A DNA stretch of 59,182 nt, counting the filler, from Porpidia crustulata (Eukaryota): NCBI GenBank assembly GCA_964255105.1. It is 3 parts of 3 records of this genome, joined end to end, with 100 filler letters (N's around TTAATTAATTAA, not from the genome) between each part and the next. Parts side by side here need not be neighbours in the genome. Positions count along the whole stretch, not along the records: positions 1 to 19,672 come from CAXUWE010000133.1; positions 19,773 to 39,442 come from CAXUWE010000134.1; 1 more part is not named here. One strand, 5' to 3'. Position 1 is the first letter of the stretch. Each line of letters starts with the position of its first letter. The notes under the pieces were generated by a model that saw nothing but the letters and a program-made list of their open reading frames with translations, was not told the origin of the DNA and made no database searches. This document shows positions 13,575 through 26,769 of the stretch, piece by piece. Position numbers and translations under genes: made by a program.

Positions 13575-14807
13575 ATGCAACCTCTTTTTGTTGTCATAGC
13601 TTTGCTGTTCTCTGGAAATTGGATTCATCTAGTACTTGGTGCCGTTGGCCGCATCGTCCCACCGACCGTCATCGATATCGCTAATAATGCCCTCCACCAC
13701 AATTCCTACGTCGATCAGAGGATACGCATGAACCCCCATGATATGCTCAACCATCAGCAATACCACCAACGCAATGTCGACCCAGATGTGGAAGCTCAAG
13801 CATTCAACGGACCTCCAGCATCTGCTGCCGACCCTTCAGCTGCATCCTCGTCATATCAAGCCTCATCGACGGCATCATCAGGGCCAACGTCTTCATCTAT
13901 AATGGTAGCTCCCGCCGCTTCCTCAATAGTAGCGACGGCATCTTCACCTGCGCTGTCCGCCGACCGTCTTTCTCCACTTACAAAAGCCGTCGTTTCTGCC
14001 GATCGAAACACAGCTTGGAACAACCAGACCGATATGGCTTGTATGCAGACCCTGACAGCTCTAAATGGTACTGTGTCGAATCCTGCTGGCATCGCTGCTT
14101 GCTATAATATCCGGACCTTCGACAATTCTACGGGTGCCTTCCAAGTAGGTCTACGCCTGTATCGGATCTGTCCTTCGTCAGGAGATTGGGCCACCCTGAA
14201 AACGCCGGCTGTCAATGTCGCACTGTCATATACTGGAGCAAGTATTGCAACTGGGAGTATGAATAAGGTCAAGAGAGACAGGCAGGTACTTTCTTGGCCG
14301 ATTGACAAACGGGACCCAGCCGGGTTGCCACATATACTTGAGGACCTAACGTTTGTGGGGAAAATACATGAAGATCAACTAGCTGGGATTAAAAATGAGT
14401 ATGTCTGTCGGGGTGGCTACGCATGGAAATCCTGATCGACTGACAAATGTAGTACAAACACTCGTTCATTACTTGTTCCCAATATCGCCCTATCAGGCAC
14501 AGCCCAGAACAACACTCTTATCACCACGCAGCTGTCCTCGAACGACGCATCTTTCGTCAACGGCGTGTTTGCTGACGGCACAAGAGCTGTTGCAGCCTCG
14601 GTCACGGCTTCGTCAGACCCACCCCCAGCATTTGTGCTACCAGGCACCACCCTTGGTATATTTCCTGTAGGCCTTATCATCACCAGTGTATGGACATTGC
14701 TATTTGTTGGTACAGTAGGATACGGGACGTTTGACAGGATACGATTCAGGGAATCGTACAGGCGCAGAGTCAAGGCGAGGATGAATATTGGAGTGGGAAG
14801 GATATGA
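13575..14807 (+). CDS. Secreted/single-pass membrane protein of unknown function
   Basis: Signal-like N-terminus MQPLFVVIALLF, Ser/Ala-rich linker, Cys-containing NPAGIAACYNI domain, intron near 14399-14451, C-terminal TM IFPVGLIITSVWTLLFVGTVGYG followed by a basic tail. Confidence 0.7.
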
Positions 14808-15660
14808 TGAGGAGCATTCTATTCACCATTACGTTTCTTCAATTTTTGGGAGGACGGTTAATCTGCACGGCTTAGACTACGAAGTTTACTTCAGAGGCTT
14901 TTTAAATGGGTGCGATGTGCTGAACTGGGTTGAAGCACAAGCTTTCGCCGAAGAGTCCTTGTATATATTAAGCATAGCTCTACAAGCTACATCTTAGAAG
15001 TTCAGCATTTTAGATGACAGATTCGAGTACAAAGCTTGATCAAGTAGAGAAGGAGAGAGTTCAGTATGAACCATTGCTGAGAAGATGACATTGGTGGCGA
15101 TGACGTGGGTTAGCCATCCGCATTTAGATTCGGGAACACAACGATAAGGGGAAAGTATCACCGCGAAATGATAATGTGCATGCTGATTTCATTGTGAAAA
15201 AGGAAAGACTGTGATTGAGCTTGGTACATAGGTAAGTAGATGACATTGTAGGATGTGACTAAGAAGAAGCATAGAATGAGCATTTGGCGGTGAAAGCTTT
15301 AACATGAAGCATCGGCGTCATTGGGTGATTCCCGGAGCCAGTCCGGAATTGGCTGCTGAGGATAACACTAACTTAGCGCCTTGCGATTTTTTTCTTAGAA
15401 ATTCTTAAAATATTCTTCCAGCCCCCAACATGCTCGCAGTTTCAACTTTTCTTCTCTCAAGCTCACCTCATATCCTTCGTGAATTCAGTTTGATTTCGTT
15501 TCGGCTGCGATAGATCGAGAGTCCTAGAGAGCGACAAATAGAATCTTCTGCGGGTTTCCGCTTTCTAGCCCCCCACAGACACTCCGCCCGATAGATTAAA
15601 CTCGACAGCGAATCTCCATTATTTGGCCACTGTTCTTCTTCAACGACCCTCAATAGAGCC

Positions 15661-18600
15661 ATGCCATCCGTGGACATTATGGAGTCCGCGCCATCTACTG
15701 CCGCAAATACGAAGACTGAGAATCAAAAGTCTGTCAAGGTGCTCGATGAACTTTTGAACAAACTTACCATTTCGAAAACTGCGGACGAGACCAGTGCGGC
15801 TGCCGGCAATATTGCGACTTTCATCAACGGTGAGATTGAAGAGCATGATGCACCCACTAAGTAAGTCCACCTTTCGATCTGTCCTGTAGTCTAAGACGTG
15901 CAGCCGTGTCCTAAATGGTCGCAAAACTGCTCTACGACGCAAATTCCTTCGCTTGCTAATCCGTACCACGTAGGGCCGTTGAGAGTCTCAAGAAACAACT
16001 TTCAAACAAAAAAGATGCTGCTGCACGAGAACGTGCTCTTAGTGCAATCAAGGCAATCGCCTCCCACTCAACAGTTTCGCCCGCCGTTGAGCCATACCTG
16101 ATCGTCCTCCTTCCCTCAGTCCTCGCTGCTGTTGGGGACAAGATTACCGCAGTCAAGACTGAAGCACAAGCGGCCGCCCTTGCGATTACTAAGGCCATCA
16201 ACGCAAATGCCGTTAAGGCTATCCTCCCCCCAATCATCGATTCCTTATCAAACGCCCAGAAATGGCAGGAAAAGATGTCTTGTCTGCAGTGCATCGAAGC
16301 ACTCGCGGAATCTGCCCCGGCCCAACTATCTTTGCGTGTTCCAGACCTCATTCCGATTGTCTCGGCATCCATGTGGGATACTAAGCCTGAGATAAAAAAG
16401 GCGGCATACGGCACTATGGAAAAAGTGTGCAATTTGATATCCAATAAAGATATCGATCGCTTTATCCCGGCCCTCATCAAGTGCATTGCGAAACCTGAGC
16501 TTGTCACCGAGACAGTCCACTTGCTTGGCGCCAGCGTCTTTGTCCAGGATGTTCATGAACCGACCTTAGCCATCATGGTCCCACTTCTCGAGCGCGGTCT
16601 AGCAGAGCGCGAGACAGCCGTTAAGCGAAAAGCTGCCGTTATTGTTGACAACATGTGCAAACTTGTGGACGACCCTCAGATCGTCGCAGCATTCTTACCC
16701 AAGCTTATTCCAGCTCTGCAGAAGAATTATGAGAATCTGGCAGACCCAGAAGCTCGTGACAAGACGAAGGTGGGACTGGACACCTTGATCAGGGTGGGTG
16801 ATGTCAAAGACGGCAAGATTCCCGAAATCTCGCATGCTGGTGACGTTAAGACTGTTGTTGCCATAATGAATCAGATATTGGAACCGAAACATAAGACAGC
16901 CATTTCGAAGTTCGCACCAGTCATCGCCTATGTCTCAGCTATTGCCGGTCAGCTTATCGATGAGAAAGAGCATGAGTCAATTAGCTGGATCGAGAACACG
17001 CTGCCATATATTACTGCAATCGTGGGCGACTCTGATTCAAAAGCAATTGCCGACGCCTTGAGAAAGCGGGCTGATCCCGGTGCCGAGGATGAGGAGGAAG
17101 AGGAGGAGGACGACGATGAGGGCGAGGACCTGTGTAACTGTGTCTTCAACGTGGCGTACGGTGCGAAAATCCTATTGAATAACACACGTCTTCGCTTGAA
17201 GCGCGGCCAGCGCTACGGTCTACTGGGTCCCAACGGTTGCGGTAAATCCACTTTAATGCGCGCCATCAATAATGAGCAGGTAGAGGGCTTCCCCAAAAAG
17301 GATGAGGTGAAGACGGTGTTTGTGGAGCATGACCTTGACTCGGCGGATACCGAGCAGACTGTCATTGGGTGGACGGAGAAGAAGCTCAACGACGTTGGGA
17401 TTTTCACTGACAAAAAGAGTATTGAGGCTCGGCTGGTCGAATTCGGCTTTATGCAGGAGCAAATGGAGGGCCCGATCACGGCATTGTCCGGAGGATGGAA
17501 AATGAAGCTTGCGCTTGCTCGCGCGGTTTTCGAAGACCCTGACATTCTCCTTCTTGACGAACCCACCAACCATTTGGATGTGAAAAATGTCGCCTGGCTT
17601 GAGAAATACCTCATCGAATCACCTTGCACATCCATCATCGTCTCTCACGACAGCAAGTTTCTTAATAACGTACTCCAGCACGTCGTCCATTATGAACGCT
17701 TCAAGCTCAGACGCTACCGTGGCAATCTGAGGTCATTCGTCGACAAAGTCCCGTCTGCCAAATCCTACTACGAGCTAGGTGCTTCTGAGATGGAAATGAA
17801 ATTCCCCGAACCAGGTTTCCTGGAAGGCGTGAAGACTAAGGCCAAGGCCATTGTTCGTGTCAGTAATATGGGCTTCCAATATCCAGGTACATCAAAACCT
17901 CAAATTTCGGACATCACATTTCAATGCTCATTGGGATCTCGTATTGCGGTCATTGGCCCTAACGGGGCCGGCAAATCCACTTTAATCAACGTTCTCACTG
18001 GTGAGCTCATCCCTACAACTGGCAGTGTCTACACGCACGAGAACATTCGAATCGCCTACATCAAGCAGCACGCCTTCTCCCATATTGACCACCACCTGGG
18101 AATGACTCCTTCCGAGTACATCCAATGGCGCTTCCAGACGGGTGAGGACCGCGAAACCATGGATCGAGCCAATAAGATCGTCACCAACGAAGACGAGAAC
18201 GCGATGAATAAGATCTACAGAATCGAAGGTACGCAACGACGAGTCATCGGTATTCACTCACGCAGAAAGTTCAAGAACTCTTATGAATATGAGTGTTCGT
18301 TCGTACTTGGTGAGAATGTGGGTATAAAGGGCGAGAAATGGACCCCCATGATGACCGCCGATAATGCTTGGATCCCGCGTACCGAGATTCTAGTGTCCCA
18401 TTCGAAAATGGTGGCGGATGTTGACCAAAAGGAAGCGCTTGCCAGCGGTCAATTCAGACCACTGGTGCGAAAGGAAATTGAGCAGCATTGTGCCAATTTT
18501 GGACTCGAGGCCGAACTTGTCACGCATTCTCATATGCGTGGTCTCTCGGGTGGGCAGCGTGTCAAAGTTGTTCTTGCAGCCTGTTCGTGGCAGCGACCTC

Positions 18601-19041
18601 ACCTCATCGTTCTTGACGAACCTACCAATTATCTAGACCGTGACTCCCTCGGTGCTTTGTCAAAGGCTCTCAAGGCCTTTGAGGGTGGTGTCATCATTAT
18701 CACCCACTCTGCGGAGTTTACCCGTGACTTGACTGAAGAGGTCTGGGCCGTCCTGGACGGCAAAATGACGCCCAGTGGACATAACTGGGTTCAGGGTCAA
18801 GGTTCGGGGCCGAGGCTGAAGGGTGATGCTGATGATGAGGAGGAGAGATTCGACGCCATGGGTAACAAGATCGAAGGTGGCAAGAAGCAGAAGAAGCTGA
18901 CATCAGCTGAACTTCGAAAGGTAAGACTTGCACTCTGATACGATGCCTATGAGTCCATGCTAACCCCCTAAATAGAAGAAGAAGGATCGCATGGCTCGTC
19001 GCAAGCGTGGTGAAGAAGTATTTTCGGATGAGGACGACTAG
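15661..19041 (+). CDS. TEF3: Translation elongation factor 3 (fungal ABC-F ATPase)
   Basis: HEAT N-terminus; two ABC cassettes ([25 protein letters not shown] and [23 protein letters not shown]); chromodomain insert [11 protein letters not shown]; Lys-rich tail; introns about 15861-15973 and 18921-18975. Confidence 0.97.
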
Positions 19042-19672
19042 ATTCTTGCCTTGATCCTTTTTTTTCAAATGCGCCCCTGTTTTTTTCTCGATTCATCACC
19101 GGAGTCATCGAGTCGAGGCATATGCGACCAACGAAAAGATGCCGATGGAGGCATCAGGGGATTCAAGTTTCGGGGATTTCATCATGCTTACTTGCTACGT
19201 ATGTGCTTGATGTTTTGATGCCAGGGTAAAAGATTAAAAGTGGACGTTGGGGGGGTTTTCGTCTAGTTCATCCGCGCGTTGCCCAATATGACGAACGCGA
19301 GCGAGATCGTGAATAGAATGATAGAGGATAGAATCGATACATTTTATAGCCTTGTACTAACCAGCTGCTCCATTGGCAGGGTGTGATATTCGCCATCGCC
19401 AAAATCCCGCCGTCGCCCGGCTCTTGATGTCGATGGAATAAATTGTTGCGAGAAAAGCGGCACCAACACCGAATATTTCAGGTAAAGCCAATTCCCGCAT
19501 CGTTCATTGCACCAGCGCCATCAGGCGTTGAAACCAAGAACGGTCAATGTCAAGTCTCAGATCTCAAAACAGAACTCGCCCTCGCACACCCGCACAGTAC
19601 GCAGCCCAAGACCGAGCGTATCCAAAAATATCCCATACCCACATCCTCCCATCCCAGGCGACCCAAAATATC

Positions 19673-19772
19673 NNNNNNNNNNNNNNNNNNNNNNNNNNNN
19701 NNNNNNNNNNNNNNNNTTAATTAATTAANNNNNNNNNNNNNNNNNNNNNNNNNNNNNNNNNNNNNNNNNNNN
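19673..19772. other. Assembly gap with artificial TTAATTAATTAA linker
   Basis: N run - ttaattaattaa - N run, 100 nt; identical structure at 39443-39542. Confidence 0.97.
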
Positions 19773-19799
19773 CCCCCGGGTGCACCCCAAGAGACGAAA

Positions 19800-21995
19800 T
19801 ACTAGGAGTTAGACCTAGCCTATGTACTACTATACATGCTTGGGCGTAAACGGATGCACTAGGCACCTCCTAGTGGTCTGCTATTCACGGTAGTTGCCAC
19901 TAGACTAAATTACAAACGAGTCTCTCATGACCAGATAGAACCCACGTCCGGAACTTTCGCTGCCGCGTCTTGTACCGTTTTGTCATATGTGAATTTGGAA
20001 AGCGGTTCGTGTGGATGGTAAAGTGGTGAGCCAACGTACTTGTCGGACAGTAACAGCTTCGCGAAATCGTGATGTGTCTCATGCGCTGCAGAATTCCGTT
20101 GGCCAACGACTTTACCCAGCTTTCTCAGCGTTTTCAGATGTTTGCAGTCCAGTCCTGTAACCTTTTTCCAATCTTTGTTGGGGGTACATACGACGGACTG
20201 TTGAAGCTCTTGCGTTGAATGATGCCCTTCTTGCCCGGTCTGCAAGAGGCCGCATAAGTCTCACTTTCAGCGACGGACTTCGCTGTATGCGTTCTTGATA
20301 TGCGGCGAAAGTACAATCTTGTTCCAAGATTTGAGAATCACAGGGTCTAACAGTAGCCGTTCCTGGGTCGAGGACCCGAATGACAGTGATGCTGCCCATT
20401 CAAGGGTTGATGAAGTTTCTTCTTGTTGTACCCACTCCATAGGTTCTCGCTCCGGGCCTTCTCTGGTAGCGCGAAGCGTTGGAAGTTAATATATACGGTG
20501 GATTGGCAAAAGCACGGGTGCGTTCGCAATTTGTTCAACACGAGGTGGCGAGAGCTGAAAAGAAAAAATGAGCCATTGTGGTGAGACATGGGAATAGAGG
20601 AACGTGTTCAACTAGGCAATTGTCGCCTACTACATAGATAATGAGGAAGGTACGTACGCGGAGAGTAGAAAAATCCATATCGCTACACTCGACCTTCACA
20701 TATATCAATCAGATTTGATGATTGTTCCATCGATAGAACTCGATGAATCAACATAGTCTGGCAGTGTATTGTTCAACCTTGTCTTTGCGTTCAACATTAT
20801 TTAATTTTGTTCAGATGATGTGCACTACAGATACAGTCATAAGCTTGATGAGGATCGAGTTTTGCGGTATTTAAGTCTCCACACGTTATCAAGCAATTTT
20901 CTCAGCGACGAGGGACTTCTTTTGGTGAAGACTTGACGACGCTGCTGATGATAAGTTGAGCGAAATATGGGTAAAGCATTGTATCGAGATGGAAGGACTT
21001 AAAAGACAAAAAACACCTTGCCAATGATAAAACTCCGGTGCCGATCCAAGTCGGGTAATCAAAGATTTATCAGTTCCGAGGCAGGAGAAGATCGGATCCC
21101 TAAGATAATAATACTCATTTGACGAAAATTGACATAGTCGCCGCTCATCCCGATACAGATCGCAAAAGCGCGTACCGGATGCGGCCCATGAAGTACGAAA
21201 GGAACCAATTGAAGTGCTTCATATATGGCATAACGTTCTTTAATAAATTCCCGGCAACAAGGCCACTCATGGGTTTCCAAGAATATGGCGCTTCCAGTGT
21301 TTGCGTTATGCTGTGCAACACTCTACATCACCAGGGGGTGTCAGAAGTCAATGAGCATAAGCGGCTAAGAGGTTACTGAGGCATCTTCAGCCTTATCAAG
21401 ACTTCTGTCATAAATTAAAGGAGAATGAGAGCATACTTATATGAGAGAAATCAGAACGCGCATTCAAGCCAAATCATTATACCGTTTATCAATTTGCCTT
21501 TATCGTAATGCCCATGTAGAAGTAATTAGTTTCGATATTTTGATTGGGCCGAAGACGGCCGCTTATTGTTTGTTGATTCTTTTCACCGCCTGGTGCATGA
21601 GGTCCATACGTGACTCACAGGTCTTCAAGGTTGGAGGTTCGTGGGGCATGCATAATGGCAGCTCGTCGTTGTAATCCTTCAGCAATAGCGAAGCGGAGAT
21701 CATCGTTTGAATCGTAGGATCGGGAGAGAGGTTCAATTATGATTAATTAATCTCTCATTTCCAATTATCAACGAGTTTGCTTCATCTTGGATCTTTTTGG
21801 AATCGAGTATGTACAATGTGCACGACAAAGACATCAAGAAAGCAGGAAGCTTTCAATTATTTGATGGCCAAGTATGTAACCCTAACCCTTGGCACGGTGG
21901 CCGAACTGGCAGTAAATATGAGTACCTTAATTTCAATTTCTAACCCTAGCCCTTGGTAAGGTGGCCGAACTAGGGGTATGGCGAACTAGGCGTTA
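19800..21995 (-). mobile_element. Possible degenerate repeat or gene relic
   Basis: Next to a gap; only short stop-riddled minus-strand ORF fragments; ends in a duplicated TAACCC-containing motif; no recognisable transposase motif. Confidence 0.3.
21877..21990. repeat. Imperfect direct repeat of about 33 bp with telomere-like TAACCC units
   Basis: taaccctaacccttggcacggtggccgaactgg (21877) vs taaccctagcccttggtaaggtggccgaactag (21941), plus a third partial ggcgaactagg (21980). Confidence 0.75.
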
Positions 21996-22189
21996 GTAAG
22001 AGTAGACCCTGTCCAAACGCGGAACCCAAACCCCGTACCCCACTAATTAACTATCTTAGTCGTTTTGATCCTAACATTTACCCTCCTTGCTGCTACAGTA
22101 TACTTACAGTTGTGGTCTTTCCGACGTTGTCAACCGCTATTGTCATATCGCGATCGACCTCTGGAAAGACTCTTCTGCCAACTCCCACC

Positions 22190-23287
22190 ATGCCTGACGT
22201 AAGTAGTTGACTCACGTCTACCTTTTCTGCGACTCGACGAAGCAGTGCAGTAGCTAAAATATGACGATCAATAGGTCAAGCGAACTGTCAAAATAATCAC
22301 AGAGCAGAAGGTCATGTGCGCCAACCATTACTTCACTCTCCCAGTCTGCTTGCTTGACCTGGCTCAGTTGCTGATCAGCGCTCTGCTACAATTACAGTGA
22401 TAAACCTTCGGGCGTTGAGGGTTTCCCATTGCGACGATGGAGTATTCAGATTGTCCTCCTGAACGAGCACGGAGAAGACCTTCCCGCTATGATATTCGAG
22501 AAGGCAACTTACAATCTTCACCCATCTTTCAATGATAGGCAGAAGCAGAGTAAGCTATTTTCCACTCCTCGGGGCGCCCTTGAATATTGGAGCTCTCTGT
22601 AACGTCCACTACAGTAATCAAGAAGGCTCCGTTCCGGATAGAGGAAGAGGGATGGGGCGAATTCGACATGGAAATCATTCTCACTGCAATAGACAAAGGC
22701 GGCGACCACGCGCTAGCGCATGACCTTAATTTCCAGACTGAGCGATATGAGGCGAAACACCCGATTGTGAGATTCTCTGTGCGTCAGCAAGCTTTACAGA
22801 CTTCACGCTGATTTTACCCTTGCAAGACCTTCAAAAACCCAAAGCCTGGCCTACTGGCCGCGCTTAAAGAATCAGGTCCTGCTCCTGGAGATGAGAATGG
22901 CGTGAAGCCAAAGCGGGGCGACGACGGAGCAAAGAAGAAGAAGAGGCCCGACAAGGGAGTGTGTTCACCTCCTATTGAAAACACGCCGCCGATACCTGGC
23001 CGTGTGCTAATACCCTTTTGCGCAGATTGATATGGAGAAATTAGCAGACAATTTACAAAGGCTCGGCGAAGATGACTTGCTACAAGTTGTGGAGATGGTG
23101 CATAACAACAAGACTGCAGAGACATATACTAAGAATGACGTTGAACGTGAGTATCTGATCTAACTATCGCACCTATCATAAGCTGAATCTCTCAATAGAA
23201 GGCGAATTCCACGTCGACCTATATACCCTTCCTGATAGTCTGATTCGGATGCTTTGGGATTTCTCCGCTGAGAAACTAGGATCATAG
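22190..23287 (+). CDS. TAF14: YEATS-domain transcription factor Taf14/Anc1
   Basis: MPD|VKRTVKIITEQ..., YNLHPSF, PFRIEEEGWGEFDM, ET-like C-terminus DMEKLADNLQRLGEDDLLQVV...GEFHVDLYTLPD; several introns. Confidence 0.93.
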
Positions 23288-24187
23288 CACATGGCTCTAA
23301 GGTGAAGCGAGCTGCTGGTTACATCTGTTTTTGAAGATTCCCCCGAGGCCCGTGTACTCACTTAGTTTGTTGAGACCGCTCGCAAAGCCGGCGTTTTCGG
23401 GGTCGGGCAATGAATACGAGGGCGTGTATTAAAAATTTCAGGGCATCTTGGTTGGAGAAATCTGGGTTTTCGAGGCCGATCTAACGAGTCAGGTCGTCTC
23501 ATGAGTTGACCACACGTGTGGTTCAAATTTGCAGTTGGCGGATTTATGGATATATGTAGAGGCATATGATCGTCCCTGATTTGGGAGACAGACTTTGCTA
23601 TATTAGATGAATCTCAAAATCTACCATCTTTTCGATAAGCACCCAGCGCTCGTCCAGACTCCTTATTCATGACCACAGTACAAGCTGTCCATCATCAGCA
23701 GCCTCGGCTCTTCCTGCCCGGACTGAAACCCAATGACAAGACTTTTCTCCCTCCCCTCCCCTTCTCATTCCAAACCCCCAAAAAGCAACCAAAAGCCGCA
23801 TCCTCGTGTTAAGCTGACAGACAATTGACCTGCAACATCTCAGCTTCATGGATCTATCCCATGTGTGAATACCACAATGGCCGGCGGCACTATCATGAGA
23901 AAATTGCATCGGGCTCCCCCGGAAGCCGAGACAGAACCGTAGCTTGCCTTCTCACTCTCTGCGCCAAGTCGGACATACCTTCCAGGGGCGTCGACGGGGA
24001 GTCGTTGCGAGGGGGTACGGATGGGGATGGTGGGTGGGAGACCCTGCTGTGCGAGTGTGAGACGTCGGTCTCGTTCCATGGGCATGGTTCGCTGAGGTGA
24101 GAGGGTTTTGCGGGTGGATTGACCGGGCTGGCGGCGTTGGGGTAGCTCTCTTTCGCGGCTTTAACCGACGAGAATTGGGTGTGTGTG

Positions 24188-24238
24188 GGAGAGAGAGTGA
24201 GAGAGATAGAGAGATAGAGAGATAGAGAGAGAGGAGAA
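24188..24238. repeat. Imperfect (GA)n microsatellite, CT-rich on the minus strand
   Basis: ggagagagagtgagagagatagagagatagagagatagagagagaggagaa. Confidence 0.85.
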
Positions 24239-24595
24239 GGTGGGGAGGATGGATGCAGATGACCAAAGTAGTTCTTGGGCCTCCGAGTAGATTGGCAGTC
24301 AATCGTTAATAGCACAAAGTTTTGCTTGAGCTCTCGATATTACTGCAGCAAAATTATAAACGACTGAATCGAATCGACAGTACTGTATATTCTAGAAGAC
24401 CGCTTTGCAAGTCCCAGTAATATACAATGTTGTCATGAGAAAATATACCCAACCTGCAAGAGTGGTATCATCGCAGTTACACTATGGAAAAGTGATTCAA
24501 CGTAGGCCAAGGATACTCCGCACAAATCTTTTCAACGCCAATGGAAGAAACAAATGAAACCTGCACATCAAAGTTTCGATGAAATGAAGCTCAGA

Positions 24596-25555
24596 CTAAT
24601 ACTTTGTACCTGGCGATGCTGTCAGTACTCTGTGGCTGAACCCGAGTTCGATTTTTTGGAGAGTCTGGAAGACTTACTGCTGCAGTACACTTTCCAACGT
24701 AGATGCGCTTATATCCCGTCCAGTAGGCATCAGACTCATGAGAGATGCTAAATTCGCGAAACAGTCGCCAGCTCTGTAGGCCAAAATGCCGGGCGCGGCA
24801 ATCTCATCCATCTCGGCTTCTATTCGATGAAGCTTGACGAACCGGGTGTAGACATGCTTGCGGGCAAGGCTGTGTAAAGCATCTTCGACCATGCGACTGC
24901 TTTGATACTTTGCGCCGGACTATTAGCAGATGCAGTGTTTAACATGAAGACTAAGGCATACCTGGTCATCGTATATCAAAACAACGACGGTCGTTTCTGC
25001 AGAAACCTTCTCTACCGCGTCGAGGTAGCCTGACGGGTCGACAGCGACCAATGCGCCAAATTTACGCCTGCTAGGACTCTGACGCCTGGTCCGGATATCC
25101 TGGCTTCCGTTGGCCAACTCTTCTAACCTGTTTGCCCTCCACCTTTTCATGAAATCGTCTTCCTCGTCGTCCGCAGAGACATCGGGGCTCGAACTCTTCT
25201 CTCTCGACATGCTCGATCCCTTCTTGCCGAACAATGGTGGTGGTGTGCCATGGGAGAGTGCGTGAAGCGTCTGACGAAAGCTCCTCTTTTTGGCTATCTC
25301 AAAGGACCGCGCATCCGCTATAACACCTTTGGGCCCAGTGTTGGCGTTGAAACTGGAGGTACAAGGTAAATGATATTTTCCTAGGGGCATCGTCGCTGAA
25401 GGCATGGGGGCGGGTATATTTTCGTCCTCGTTGTTGCTAGAATGGAGGGTGGTGCTGCCGTCGTCCGAATCGTGATCCTCGGGATGCTTGTCGCTGGACT
25501 GGTTGGCTTGCTTGTTGTAGAGCGCATTGAACTCTTCATGCGCCGAGCTTGACAT
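24596..25555 (-). CDS. phnA: Phosducin-like protein (PhLP1 class, G-beta-gamma chaperone)
   Basis: ANTGPKGVIADA signature; thioredoxin-like C-domain (GYLDAVE, VVVLIYD, RFVKLH, APGILAYRAGDCFANL); last exon and stop approximate. Confidence 0.88.
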
Positions 25556-26769
25556 CGCGAAGAAAGCCGAACAGGAGGAAGTTTGTAGACCAGATGCCCT
25601 GTCGCTTAATGGTGCCCTTTCGATGCAGGTGTGCTCCTGGACAGCGTTTCACCTGACCCTGTTTATTGGTGGGACAAATGGGGCGAGTGGGTGTGATGCG
25701 CGCTGTTTGACAGATAACTTTTTCAACGACGTCTTGGATCGCAAAGAGAGGACAAGGTCAAAAGGAGCATTGAATACACACAATCTTGGAATTTAAATCA
25801 TAGGCCAATAGGTAGGGCCAGTCAAGAAATGAGAATAAATGAGACAAGAAGTCAACAGACTACTACGGAGATTCTTACTTTTATGGATATGTTAGAACCA
25901 TACTTGGTAGGTAACGGGGGGGGAGGAAGAGTGTAATCAGTCCCTAGTGGGAGGTATCTCTACAATAATCTTTTTTCATTCGGCTACCCGATTGGGGCTG
26001 ATTGATAGTCTCACAAGGCCACCGCGTGGCATGTCAGGGATTCGCGCGGTCGTGAAACACCAACCCCAACCTCCTAAAGTAAAGTAGGCGTTCCGGGTCT
26101 TGATCATGGACATAGTCACATAGTCATCTTGACGGTCACATATTAATATTGTTTGTACTCTATTCTGCGACCACTGGTGTTAATTTATTTGTTGACCATG
26201 TTAAAGAGCCCAGAGGTACAGATTGTTGGACCGAAACACTGCTCTGCAAAAACAAGGTCCTTGTGCATCCCTCTCATGTAATCTGCCGTAGCTCGTAGCT
26301 GCTGAGCAACAGTACCTTAGTGTCTAATTCTGGATTCCCCCCTGCCTCCTTACCAACAGCAAATTTGCCACGTGTTGCTGATCAAACTCGCTCCAAGTGA
26401 GATTGGCGAAGTCGACGAAATTAACCCGGTACAACTATTGACGCACGTGGACGATCACGGTATCTATGACTACCTAATGTACGTTACCTAGGCATCCTTC
26501 TGCAGGTTATGTTCAATCAACAAATTACTGACCCATAGGCTAGTGCATGTCGGAGCAACCTTAAAATGAGAAGGGCCGTTACAAAACAGTCGTGAGACCC
26601 CATTGAGGTGGCTGGTGTGACAGTACAGACAAATCCTAGTCGCCCCATATGGCTGGTGTGGTTTGGGGACAAATGGGGGCTGTCATCGCGCCATGCGGTT
26701 GTGGAATATTTGGCCCCTCGTAAAGTAATCATAAGTAGTTCTACATCGAAATATATGTAATCTATTTAT

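Noticed and set aside
19717..19728. TTAATTAATTAA palindrome (also at 39487-39498)
   Set aside because: Embedded in identical N runs; an artificial scaffolding linker that puts stops in all frames
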